Shown here: positions 1-8,764 of the stretch, in pieces
Numbering within the stretch: position 1 is the first letter of the stretch
Layout of the letters: every line of letters begins with the position of its first letter
Source: an uncultured Thermotogae bacterium
Lineage (GTDB): Bacteria > Bipolaricaulota > Bipolaricaulia > RBG-16-55-9 > JAJCYT01
Length of the DNA: 64,000 bases
Assembly (NCBI GenBank): GCA_964572855.1
Contig: CAZNGF010000006.1
Location: 3,910 to 67,909, forward strand
Reading direction: 5' to 3'
Program-made: the position numbers and the translations under genes
Notes under the pieces: model-generated
What the model was told of the DNA's origin: nothing
Databases searched by the model: none
The model's input: only the letters and a program-made list of their open reading frames with translations

Positions 1-1418
1 TTGATGATGTCGTCGGCGCGGCCCACGAACCAGAAGTAGCCGTCCTCGTCGCGCGTCGCCAGGTCGCCTGACAGGTACCAGCCGTCGACGAAGCATTTTT
101 GATAGCGTTCCGGATCGTGCAGGTAGGTGCGGAACATCGAGGGCCAGCCGGGCTTGAGCGCCAGGATTCCGTCGGTGTTGGGCTTGTCGACGAGCTCGAC
201 CTTGCCGCCCTCGCGCTTGCGCACGATGCCGGCCTCGACCCCCGGCACGGGCCGGCCCATCGAGCCCGGCCGGATGGGCATGGTTGGGTAGTTGGCGATC
301 ATGATCCCGCCGGTCTCGGTCTGCCACCACGTGTCGTGGAACGGCAGGCCCAGGGCTTTCTGGCCCCAGACCACGCCCTCGGGGTTGAGCGGCTCGCCCA
401 CGCTGTAGGCCAGGCGCAGGCGGCTCAGGTCGTAGCGCTCGCGCGGCTTGAGCTCCAGGCGCATGAGCCGGCGGATGGCCGTGGGCGCGGTGTACCAGAC
501 CGTGACGCGCTCGTCCTGCAGTATCCCGTACCAGCGCTCGGCGTTGAACTCGGCCTCGTCCACCACGTTGGTCACGCCCAGAGCCAGCGGCGCGAAGATG
601 CCGTAGGAGGTGCCCGTGACCCAGCCGGGGTCGGCCGTGCACCAGAACACGTCGTCCGGGTGCAGGTCGAGCACGTGGCGGCCCGTCATGTAGTGCGTGT
701 AGAGCGCCTTGTGGACGTGGACCGCGCCCTTGGGCATCCCGGTCGTCCCGCTGGTGAAGTGCAGCACGGACATGTCCTCGGGGTCGGTGGGGGGGATGAC
801 AAACTCGGGCGAGGCGGCCTCCATGAGCGCCGGCAGAGAACTTAGCCCGTCGGGCAGCTCCCCCTCGGGGTCGATGATCAGCACGTGTTCGAGCTGTGGG
901 AGCTGGTCGCGCTGGGCGGCCACCTTCTGCTCGTAGAGCCGCCTTGTGGTGACCAGCACGCGCGCGTTGCCGCGCTCGAGCCGCTGGAACACGGGCTCGG
1001 GGCCGAAGGCCGAGAACAGCGGGCAGAACACGCTCGTGTGCTTGAGCGTCCCCAGCGCGGCCACGTAGAGCTCGGGCAGCCGGCCGGCCAGGCTCACGAC
1101 GCGCTCGCCCTTGCCCACGCCCAACGACCGCAAGACGTTGGCGAAGCGGTTGGTGAGCGATTTGAGCTCGCCGTAGCTGATGTCCCGTTTGGAGCCGTCC
1201 TTGCCGAGCCAGCGGAGCGCGACGCGGTCGCGCCGCAGCCCGTTGGCGTGCCGGTCGACCGCCTCGTGCGCGATGTTGAGGCCGCGCCCCGCGGGCAGTC
1301 CCTCCAGGTCGCAGCCGACGTCCTCCCAGTCGAAGGACGCGCGCGCCTGCTCGTAGTCCGTCAGGTTGGGCGCAACGGCCCAGCCTTGCGTGGGTTTGTG
1401 GATGGGGTCCCACTCCAT
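1..1418 (-). CDS. AMP-forming acyl-CoA/acetyl-CoA synthetase family ligase (3' end runs off the window)
   Basis: Absent from the ORF track because the window edge truncates it. Minus-strand translation from ATG at 1416-1418 (AAGGAGG 4 nt upstream) reads [13 protein letters not shown]...[13 protein letters not shown]...[10 protein letters not shown]...[28 protein letters not shown]. This carries the AMP-binding signature and C-terminal GRxDD motif of adenylate-forming ligases. Confidence 0.85.
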   Translation of the reverse strand, partial: MEWDPIHKPTQGWAVAPNLTDYEQARASFDWEDVGCDLEGLPAGRGLNIAHEAVDRHANGLRRDRVALRWLGKDGSKRDISYGELKSLTNRFANVLRSLGVGKGERVVSLAGRLPELYVAALGTLKHTSVFCPLFSAFGPEPVFQRLERGNARVLVTTRRLYEQKVAAQRDQLPQLEHVLIIDPEGELPDGLSSLPALMEAASPEFVIPPTDPEDMSVLHFTSGTTGMPKGAVHVHKALYTHYMTGRHVLDLHPDDVFWCTADPGWVTGTSYGIFAPLALGVTNVVDEAEFNAERWYGILQDERVTVWYTAPTAIRRLMRLELKPRERYDLSRLRLAYSVGEPLNPEGVVWGQKALGLPFHDTWWQTETGGIMIANYPTMPIRPGSMGRPVPGVEAGIVRKREGGKVELVDKPNTDGILALKPGWPSMFRTYLHDPERYQKCFVDGWYLSGDLATRDEDGYFWFVGRADDII

Positions 1419-1694
1419 GCTGCCTCCTTGTGCTTTACAACCCCCTCCTCGGTGGCGGCGCAGGGGCGCCACTTTTCCCCTCCAGGGGACTTGAAAAAGC
1501 GCACGGGGACAATGATTGCGGTCAAGCAATTCCCTGTGCGCCGTCAGCGAAGGGCCGTGCACGGAGGCAGGTTGGGAACGCGCACGGATCAGTCAAAATG
1601 CAGGGCCCGCTGCACGGGCCTCGTTGGCCTGCCCAGCCGGCCCTACTTTACGTCGTTGTCTGCACAACGCTGGCCCGAAAGCTAAGATGAGCCC

Positions 1695-4064
1695 ATGAGC
1701 GAGGGACGGGAGTGGCTCGGCCGGCTGGGCAAGGTGCTCAAGCTGGAGGCGCAACAGGGGTACGAGGACCGCGCCGTGTTCGGCGGGCTGGAAGGGTTCG
1801 TCGATCACGTCGCGGCGAACCTGGAGGCGCCGCTGGCCGAGGCGCTGCGCCGGCACGCGCGGGGGTACGCCGACAAGGACCATCCCGAGCGGATGCACGC
1901 GGTTCGGGAGTTGGCCGACGCGTTGCGCGATCCGAAAGTCGGTGTTGAAACGGAGATTGCGGAAAACAAAGAGGGGGAAGGGAAGAAGGAGAAGGCGACA
2001 GGACGCGAAGCGACCTCGGACGCGAGTCCGCCCCCGCTGGACGCCCCCGTGCGCTACGCCAAGGGCGTGGGGACGCGGCGCGAATCGGCGCTCAACAAGC
2101 TCGGGATCGCGACGATCGAGGACCTGCTGGTGTATTTCCCGCGCCGCATTTCCGACCGCAGCGTCGTCAAAAGAATCGCCCAGCTCAAGGCGGGGGAGCG
2201 GGCCACCGTGCGCGGCACGGTGCGCGCCGTGGACGCGGTCAAGACGCGCGGCAAGCTCGAGCTGACCAAGGTCGCGCTGCAGGACGGCGGCGCCGTCATG
2301 TACGCGGTCTGGTTTAACCAGCCCTGGCTCAAGGGCCAGATCAAGCCGGGGCAACCAATCGCGCTCTACGGCGAGGCGACGCGCGACTACGGCCAGGTCC
2401 AGATGAACAACCCCATTTGGGAGCCCGCCGACCAGACGCTGTTTACGGGCCGGCTCGTGCCCGTCTACCCGGCCACCAAGGGCATCAACCAGGCCGCGCT
2501 CATCCGCCTCATCCGCGACAACGCCGCCCGCTACCGCGACGAGATCACGGAGATCCTGCCCGCAGACGTGCGCGAGCGCGCGGGGCTCGTGCCGCGCGCC
2601 GAGGCGATCCACCACGTCCACTTTCCGCCCTCCGAAGCCGAGTTCGAACGCGCCCGCGCGGCGCTGGCCTTCGAGGAGCTGTTCTTGTTCCAGCTCGGCG
2701 TCGCGCTGCACAAGTCGGCGACCGAGGCGCGCCCGGGCCGCGCGCTGGCCGTGGACGAGTCGGCGCTGGACGACTTCACCGCCGCGCTCCCCTTCAAGCT
2801 CACGGGCGCCCAGCGCCACGCGATTGCGGAAATCCGGGCCGACATGGCCGCCCCGCACCCCATGAACCGCCTGCTCCAGGGCGACGTGGGCGCGGGCAAG
2901 ACGGCCGTGGCCGCCGCGGCCTGTTTCGTGGCGATCCGGGCGGGGGCCCAGGCGGTCATGATGGCCCCGACGGAGATCCTGGCCCAGCAGCACGGGGTCG
3001 GCTTGACGGCGCTGCTGGAGCCGCTGGGCGTGCGCTGCGGATTGCTGATCGGGAGCATGAAGGAGGGCGAAAAGACCGAGGTGCGCCGGCTGGCCGCGCT
3101 GGGCGAGCTCGATTTGCTCATCGGGACGCACGCGCTGCTGGAGGACGAGGTCGCCTTTAATGATCTCGGCTTGGCCGTCATCGACGAGCAGCACCGCTTC
3201 GGCGTGATCCAGCGCGCCAAGCTCGAGGGCAAGGGCGCGGGCGTCGACGTGCTGGTGATGAGCGCGACCCCGATCCCGCGCACGGTCACGCTCACGCTCT
3301 ATGGCCAGTTCGACGTCTCGATCCTGGACCAGCTCCCGTTCGAAAAGCGCATCAAGACCTACTGGATCGACGAGGGCAAACGCGAGGAGGTCTACGGGCT
3401 GGTGGCCGACAAGGTGCGCGCCGGCGTGCAGGCCTACGTGGTCTACCCGCTGGTCGAGGAGTCGGAGACTTCCGACCTGCGCGCCGCCACCCAGATGAAG
3501 GAGGAACTGGCCGGCACGCACTTCCGCGACTTTTCCGTGGGTCTGCTGCACGGGCGCATGAAGGAGGCCGAAAAGCGCGCGGTTATGGACGCGCTGCGCG
3601 CCAAGCAGATCCAGGTGCTGGTGAGCACGACCGTGGTCGAGGTCGGCATCGACGTGCCGGACGCCTCGGTGATGGTGATCGAGCACGCCGAGCGCTTCGG
3701 CCTGAGCCAGCTGCACCAGCTGCGGGGCCGCATCGGCCGGGCGGGCCAGGAGTCGGTCTGCTTCGCGATCGCCACCCCCAAAAGCGACGAGGGCCGCGCC
3801 CGGCTGCGCGTGTTCCAGGAGCACCTGGACGGCTTCAAAATCGCCGAGGCCGATCTGGAGATCCGCGGCCCCGGCGAGCTGCTGGGCCTGGCCCAGCACG
3901 GCCTGGACACGACCTTCCGCGCCGCCGACCTGATCCGCGACCTCAAGCTCATGCAGCGCGCGCGCTCCGAGGCCGCGCTCCACCTCAAGCAAAACCCCGA
4001 CACGCCGCTGATCGAGGCGTTCAAGCACCGCTTCGGCGACCAGTTCGAGTGGGCGCGCTTCTGA
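1695..4064 (+). CDS. recG: ATP-dependent DNA helicase RecG
   Basis: 789 aa. N-terminal wedge region, Walker A GDVGAGKT, DEQHRFG box and helicase C-terminal domain with QLHQLRGRIGRG. Length and order are typical of RecG. Confidence 0.95.
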   Translation: MSEGREWLGRLGKVLKLEAQQGYEDRAVFGGLEGFVDHVAANLEAPLAEALRRHARGYADKDHPERMHAVRELADALRDPKVGVETEIAENKEGEGKKEKATGREATSDASPPPLDAPVRYAKGVGTRRESALNKLGIATIEDLLVYFPRRISDRSVVKRIAQLKAGERATVRGTVRAVDAVKTRGKLELTKVALQDGGAVMYAVWFNQPWLKGQIKPGQPIALYGEATRDYGQVQMNNPIWEPADQTLFTGRLVPVYPATKGINQAALIRLIRDNAARYRDEITEILPADVRERAGLVPRAEAIHHVHFPPSEAEFERARAALAFEELFLFQLGVALHKSATEARPGRALAVDESALDDFTAALPFKLTGAQRHAIAEIRADMAAPHPMNRLLQGDVGAGKTAVAAAACFVAIRAGAQAVMMAPTEILAQQHGVGLTALLEPLGVRCGLLIGSMKEGEKTEVRRLAALGELDLLIGTHALLEDEVAFNDLGLAVIDEQHRFGVIQRAKLEGKGAGVDVLVMSATPIPRTVTLTLYGQFDVSILDQLPFEKRIKTYWIDEGKREEVYGLVADKVRAGVQAYVVYPLVEESETSDLRAATQMKEELAGTHFRDFSVGLLHGRMKEAEKRAVMDALRAKQIQVLVSTTVVEVGIDVPDASVMVIEHAERFGLSQLHQLRGRIGRAGQESVCFAIATPKSDEGRARLRVFQEHLDGFKIAEADLEIRGPGELLGLAQHGLDTTFRAADLIRDLKLMQRARSEAALHLKQNPDTPLIEAFKHRFGDQFEWARF

Positions 4065-4102
4065 AATCACGAACGCTTGTTTTGTAGCAACGGTATTGCG
4101 TG

Positions 4103-4231
4103 TCAAGTGTTGGCGAGCTGAGGTTGCCAAGGAGTTCCATGTCGGAGCATGGCATTCAGGATGACCAGCAGTTTGCGCATACAAGCCACCAGCGCCACCT
4201 TGGGCGCTTTGCCTCTGGCACGCAAGGGAAA
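4103..4231 (-). mobile_element. IS110-family transposase, C-terminal fragment only (about 42 codons)
   Basis: Minus-strand frame ending at TGA (complement of 4103-4105) reads FPLRARGKAPKVALVACMRKLLVILNAMLRHGTPWQPQLANT. This is the conserved GKxxKVALVAxMRKLLxILNAM tail of IS110/IS1111 transposases. An in-frame stop lies just upstream and no N-terminal part is present. Confidence 0.7.
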
Positions 4232-4413
4232 CGTCCTTCAAACTCAATGGCCAAGCGATTGAGCGCTTGCTTCCAGTGCACGATGGGCCGAGTCCACTTC
4301 TGGGACGTCTGCTGAATCGCCAAATACACCACCTTGAGCGCCGAGGCGTCGTGCGGGAAAATCTTGTGATGGCGAATCACTTTGCGGATCACGCTGTTGG
4401 GAAAGGAAGCCCG
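4226..4413 (-). mobile_element. IS256-family (Mutator-type) transposase, C-terminal fragment
   Basis: ORF 4156-4419 reads SFPNSVIRKVIRHHKIFPHDASALKVVYLAIQQTSQKWTRPIVHWKQALNRLAIEFEGRFP. This matches the ESLNSVIRK...FP.D.SALK.VYLA...KKWTMPI..WK.ALN.F.I.F..R C-terminus of IS256 transposases. The catalytic DDE region is absent, and an in-frame stop lies upstream at 4462-4464. Confidence 0.7.
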
Positions 4414-4476
4414 CACCACGTCCCAGTAAGCCCAAAAACTCCCTTCTTCGCGTTTCCTTACTCATCAATACCTCCT

Positions 4477-5061
4477 TTAGAATCCGTATACGAAGATAGG
4501 GAACATTCCAGATGAAAACAGCGAACCAAATGAACTTGGATACAGTAAATTCACCGCTATTGACACCCATGCAGGAGCATTTAGGGTCTGTAAATCGTGC
4601 GCAAACCCATTTGACTCGCTCAGCATTAACCCTCCTGCATTACCAATCCAGGCAAACATCGCAGTCCCTAATGCAGGAACCGCCAAATCTCTAGCGACTA
4701 ACGTCTTATCGATGCTCAGGGTGTGAAGAACGACAGCTAGTGTAGTTGCTATTGTAGAGCAGAAGGCATACTTGTTTTTGAATGCTTTTAACTCTGTCGA
4801 GAATGGGGATTCATGCCAAAGATTTGGGTTCTCAAGCAGTTTTTCCCACGTGGAGATTTCCGGGTTCGTGGAAGGCACAGTTGCACATGCAAGGCCGCCG
4901 AATATGCTGCTTAAGATACCCCATTCGATGCGCTCTGTGAAAGCTTGGAGAGTTCTTGGGTCGGTAGATACCTCGGACTCTGCCTTCACTAACGCGTAGT
5001 TTACAGTTAAGATTAGTAACAAGCAGATCCCGACAATTTTGCAAATCCCTTTGCTCCTCAA
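4477..5061 (-). CDS. hypothetical polytopic membrane/secreted protein, low-GC orphan
   Basis: 194-aa ORF with an N-terminal hydrophobic signal/anchor (ICKIVGICLLLILTV) and several hydrophobic segments. Local GC is about 40-45% by eye, against about 70% in the flanks. I recognise no family. Confidence 0.55.
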   Translation of the reverse strand: MRSKGICKIVGICLLLILTVNYALVKAESEVSTDPRTLQAFTERIEWGILSSIFGGLACATVPSTNPEISTWEKLLENPNLWHESPFSTELKAFKNKYAFCSTIATTLAVVLHTLSIDKTLVARDLAVPALGTAMFAWIGNAGGLMLSESNGFAHDLQTLNAPAWVSIAVNLLYPSSFGSLFSSGMFPIFVYGF

Positions 5062-5088
5062 GCCATTCTCCTTCTGCCAGTTCGAGAA

Positions 5089-5319
5089 TTAGCAGGTGAC
5101 GATTGCAGCACCGCAACTTGCAGCACTTACCCAAAAATAGAGTGCGTTTCCTGAGTATTGTGTGAATGTAGCTCCCATAATCATCATCCCTAAGCAATAA
5201 AAAGCTGCTGCTTTACAACCTTCTAGGCCTTCTTCCTCTTCAGAACCCATAAACGCGTTCTTAACCAAAGTTTCATTCTTGAACAGCCTCTCCTGCTCCT
5301 CCCGGCTCAACTGGACCAC
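5089..5319 (-). CDS. hypothetical small protein: acidic N-half, two hydrophobic Cys-containing helices
   Basis: 76-aa ORF in the same low-GC block. The C-half is AAAFYCLGMMIMGATFTQY...ALYFWVSAASCGAAIVTC. A GGGAGGAG Shine-Dalgarno lies upstream, but about 20 nt from the GTG, so the start is uncertain. Confidence 0.4.
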   Translation of the reverse strand: MVQLSREEQERLFKNETLVKNAFMGSEEEEGLEGCKAAAFYCLGMMIMGATFTQYSGNALYFWVSAASCGAAIVTC

Positions 5320-5485
5320 GTACTTCTTCTTGGGTATTTCTCCTCCCTGGTTTGGTGGCTCTCTAGAGAGCTTATCCCCTTTTATCTCCGTGGTCCAGTA
5401 CTAGACTCTCAGCTCCAGATCCATCTCAATTGAGGCCGTTGTTGTAGAAGGACGATTGCTACGTTCTGTACGCGCAGGTTGTTAT

Positions 5486-5700
5486 TCAGAAGGGAACCAC
5501 GGGAAGGATTACGGTTACACTCCGATGACCTACCTGAATCAGACCGCGCTTTTGGGGCACGCCGAACTCTCGCACGACCGTTCCCCGCTGATCCCGGCCA
5601 TGTTGGCCAGATCCTGCGCGGGCATGGGATCGCGACCTCGTCATCGTTGGCCGAGCACACCTCGGATAGCTCCACAAAGCCAGTATAAGGCGCTGTCGTG
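5486..5700 (-). pseudogene. decayed Crp/Fnr-family regulator, C-terminal HTH remnant with at least two 1-nt frameshifts
   Basis: Joining three minus-strand frames gives ...DDEVAI / PMPAQDLANMAGISGE / TVVREFGVPQKRGLIQVGHRSVTVIL. This parallels the Crp-type helix-turn-helix (l.lp.sRqdlAdylG.srETvsR.l..Le..GlI...gr.i.ild). The frames collide by one base at 5628 and at 5581. No cNMP-binding N-terminal half is present. Confidence 0.45.
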
Positions 5701-5840
5701 CGTCGCAAGAGGTTAGCATGCCGACCCGTTGTTGCAGCTCCTGGATAAATGCGGAGTGGTGTTGCAGTTGGAACCGCCATCGGTCGGCTGCCTGAGCGAG
5801 CCAATCCCGTTAATCCGGCAACGAGACGAAGGGAGGAACT

Positions 5841-6290
5841 ATGCACAAAACCTTCTTGGCCGTCACCGTCACGACGTTGGCCCTGCTGCTTGGCTTGAGC
5901 GCGCTGTGCTTTGCCCAGCCCGGCCGCCGTGCGCCGGATGCCGACCAGTTGAAGAGCCAGATGCTGATCGCGTTCAACCGCGCCGAGCTGAGCCTGTAAC
6001 AACTGCAATCGCTGCAGGCCATGACCGAGACGCCCATCGCCGCGCGCGACGCGGTGACGGCGGCCCACAATGCGCTACAGGAGTTCCTTGTGAACTGGAC
6101 GGGCACCGCAGAGGAATTCGAGACGGCCTTCGAGGCCGAGCGCGCCAAAGTCCAGGAAACCATCGACGCGCTGCACGACCTGCAGGTACAGAACGCCGAG
6201 GCTGTGAAGGACATGCTCAGCGGTACCAAGCGCTTGCGTTCGCCCTGCGCCCCTACCACGGGATCGCCATGGTTCTTCCCGAGCCCCTAC
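5841..6290 (+). pseudogene. disrupted small periplasmic protein (possible CpxP/Spy-like LTXXQ family): in-frame TAA and no proper stop
   Basis: ATG at 5841 follows GGGAGGAAC and encodes a signal peptide (MHKTFLAVTVTTLALLLGLSALCFAQP). TAA at 5997-5999 is in frame with ATG 6021 (MTETPIAARDAVTAAHNALQEFL...AEAVKDML). That frame then has no stop until 7688, running antisense into the convergent HEAT gene. Confidence 0.4.
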
Positions 6291-8743
6291 TCCTGTCCCA
6301 GCCGCTTGTTGCCGCGCGACGGGGCGGGCGTTGGGACCAGCGGGTTGAGGAAGCGCTCGGCCAGCACGTTGACCAGCGCTTCGGTGAGCTCGGGGCTGCT
6401 GCGGGGGTTGGTGGCGGCCAGCGTGTACTGGCTCAGCAGGTTGAACAGCGCGGGCTCGCTGAGCGCCGAGGCGCTCAGGAGCCGCTCCAGCGCGTTCGCC
6501 GCGGCGCGGCGTACGACCGCGCTTTGGTCCTGGCCGGCGTGCGCGAACAGCTCGTGCTCCAGCGTGCCGTCGTGGAGCCAGCGCTCGCTCAAAAGCGTCC
6601 CGGCGGCCGCGCGCAGCGGCTCGGCGCCGTCCCCGCGCGCGATCTCTAACAAAACATCGGTGGGCGTTGGCTCGGCCTCCCAGCGCAGCCGCACGCGCGC
6701 GGCCAGCAGCGTCTGGAGCGCCTCGGAACGGGCCTCCACGCTGAACGAATCCAGCGTTACCCCTGCCCCGTCGGCCAGCGCGCGCAACCGGCCGTTGGGC
6801 TGTTGGGTGCGGTCGAGCCAGGCGTCGGCCGCCGCGCGGCGCAGGGCGCCCGTTTCGCCTTCCACGGTCAGCTCGAGCAATGCGTCATCGCTGCGCTCGG
6901 AGGCCCGCAGCGCTTCACCCAGCGCCGGGACGGCCGCGGCGCGCAGCTGGGCCGTCTCCCCCTGGCGGGCCAGCGCCTCCAGCGCGTCCAACGCGATCTC
7001 GCCGGCGGCCTGGGCCTCGGACAGGCGCCGGGCCAGCTCGGTCGAGGCCGCCTGGCGCACCTGTATGGTTTTGCCTTCGGCGGCCAGCGCGCGCAGCTCG
7101 TCGTCGGTCGTGTTGGGCGCGCCGATCACCGCGATCTCGAGCTGGCTCAGCTCGCCCTTGGCGCTCGTGCTCAGGTCGCGCAAGTCGCTTGCGTCCGCAG
7201 CGCGGATGGCGTCGGGGAAGTTGGCCAAAGTGGCCTTGACGTTGCGCAGCCGCTGCGGCGCGCTCAGGTCGCCGGCGGCGTCGGCCGTGGTGTTGATGAG
7301 CGCGGTGTGGCGGTCGATGAGCGCCCGCACGCGCTCAAGCGTCCCGAACGCCTCCTCCGTTTGCCCGCGCCGGCCCTGGATCACGAGCCGGTCCAACCCG
7401 TCCTTGAGCTCGCCCAGCACCTCCAGCGCGGCGTCGCGCTGCGCGCCCAGAAATTTGACCAGCGCCCGCCCGGCCGCGTCGCGGAACTCGGGGGTGAGCG
7501 CGCCGTCGCCGGCCAGCGCCAGCAGCTCCTCGACCGGGGACTCAAAGCGGTTGACCGCGCCGAACTGGCGGAACAACCCGGCCAAAAAGTCGGCCGCGGC
7601 CCCCCGCAGCTGCGGGTTGGCCCCGTCCAGGCGCACGCCGCCCACCGTGACCTGCTCGCCGCGCAGGATCCCCTCCAGCAGCGGCTGATCGGTCAAAAAG
7701 ATCAGGTTGGGCCGCAGCAGCGTCAGGATCGCCTCGGCGCGCGCGCGGTTGAGCGCGTCGCTCTCCTCCGGCGCGAGCGCGTCGGCCAGCGCCTGCACGT
7801 CGAGCTCGCCCGCGCCCACGGCCTCGACCAGCTTCTGCACCAGCGCGTTCACGGCCGCCCCGCGCAGCTCGGGCGTGGCACCGTCGGCGGCTTGAGCTTC
7901 GAGCGCGGCGCGCGAGCGGCGCGCGCTCAGCAGGCGCTGTCCCAGCGCCTCGCCCGCGACCGCCCGCAGCGCGGGGCTCACTGAGGGATCGCCGGCCAGC
8001 GCCTCCAGCGTTTCGATTCCCGTCTCCGCCGCGCGCAGGCTCGGGGCGAGCGCGCCGGCCGCGGCCGCCTGCAGCTCGGCGTTCTCCCGGCCCACGACCC
8101 GTTCGAGCTCGAAGGGTGATCCGCCCGCGACCCCGCGCAGCGTCCCGGTGTCGAGCCCCGCGAGGAAGCCGTCCAGCCGCAGCACGGCCGCCCCCGCGGC
8201 CGCCCGGCGCAGCGCGGGCGTCTCGCCCTCGTTGGCCGTTTCCAGGAGCGTCTCGGTGCTCAAGGGGCCGTTGGCCCAGACCTGGGCCAGCGCGTCGACC
8301 GCCGCCACGCGCAACGCTTCCGTGACCCCGTCGCGCGCCGTGCGCTCGAGCGCGTCGACCGCGGGCGGCTCGGCCAGCCAGAGCTGGCTCAACAGCGCCC
8401 CCGCACGAGTGCGCACGGGCGCGAACTCGCCCTCCCCGGCCAGCGCGATCAGCGCCGCGCGCGTCAGGTCCGCCGTCACGGTCCGCGCCGCCAGCGCTTG
8501 GGCGGCCGCCCCCCGCAACTCGGGGGTGGCGCCCTCGCGGGCGAGCCGTTCCAGCTCGGGTGTGGGCACGTCCGCGTCGACCCAGAGCGCGGCCAGCGCC
8601 TGCGCCGCGGCGCGGCGCACCTCGGGCAGCAGGTCGGTGGTGGCCAGTTGCACGAACCCGTCCAGAGAACGGGCCAGCGCCCCGCCGCCCAGCAGGGCGA
8701 GCAGGGCGAGCGTCAGCAGCGCGCTGCGGAGGTGACGGTTCAT
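6287..8743 (-). CDS. secreted HEAT-repeat (PBS-lyase type) protein
   Basis: 818 aa with signal peptide MNRHLRSALLTLALLALLGGGALA. It contains more than 15 iterations of the ..PELRGAAAQALA.. / ..ALRRAAA.A.. HEAT-like unit. Confidence 0.85.
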   Translation of the reverse strand: MNRHLRSALLTLALLALLGGGALARSLDGFVQLATTDLLPEVRRAAAQALAALWVDADVPTPELERLAREGATPELRGAAAQALAARTVTADLTRAALIALAGEGEFAPVRTRAGALLSQLWLAEPPAVDALERTARDGVTEALRVAAVDALAQVWANGPLSTETLLETANEGETPALRRAAAGAAVLRLDGFLAGLDTGTLRGVAGGSPFELERVVGRENAELQAAAAGALAPSLRAAETGIETLEALAGDPSVSPALRAVAGEALGQRLLSARRSRAALEAQAADGATPELRGAAVNALVQKLVEAVGAGELDVQALADALAPEESDALNRARAEAILTLLRPNLIFLTDQPLLEGILRGEQVTVGGVRLDGANPQLRGAAADFLAGLFRQFGAVNRFESPVEELLALAGDGALTPEFRDAAGRALVKFLGAQRDAALEVLGELKDGLDRLVIQGRRGQTEEAFGTLERVRALIDRHTALINTTADAAGDLSAPQRLRNVKATLANFPDAIRAADASDLRDLSTSAKGELSQLEIAVIGAPNTTDDELRALAAEGKTIQVRQAASTELARRLSEAQAAGEIALDALEALARQGETAQLRAAAVPALGEALRASERSDDALLELTVEGETGALRRAAADAWLDRTQQPNGRLRALADGAGVTLDSFSVEARSEALQTLLAARVRLRWEAEPTPTDVLLEIARGDGAEPLRAAAGTLLSERWLHDGTLEHELFAHAGQDQSAVVRRAAANALERLLSASALSEPALFNLLSQYTLAATNPRSSPELTEALVNVLAERFLNPLVPTPAPSRGNKRLGQE

Positions 8744-8764
8744 AAAGGGCTCCTGTGTGTGAGT

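Noticed and set aside
1593-4247. Very long ORFs antisense to, or out of frame with, recognised genes. Examples: 1593-4247(-), 6021-7688(+) beyond its first 80 or so codons, 7542-9374(-), 11290-12600(-), 18443-20296(+), 36336-38486(+), 47244-49913(+), 57622-58365(+), 59197-60693(-), 61476-63554(-).
   Set aside because: Their translations are Arg/Ala/Gly/Pro/His-rich and low in complexity, with no motifs. Each lies opposite a gene with clear family signatures. At about 70% GC stop codons are rare, so long spurious frames are expected.
5089-5319. The idea that the 76-aa ORF is a RiPP/lanthipeptide or double-glycine bacteriocin precursor (acidic leader-like N-half, Cys/Ser/Thr-containing C-half).
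   Set aside because: There is no GG/GA cleavage motif at the junction. No modification enzyme, peptidase-domain ABC exporter or immunity gene of a known type is nearby. The C-half looks like two ordinary TM helices. I keep it only as a remote possibility within the low-GC cassette finding.
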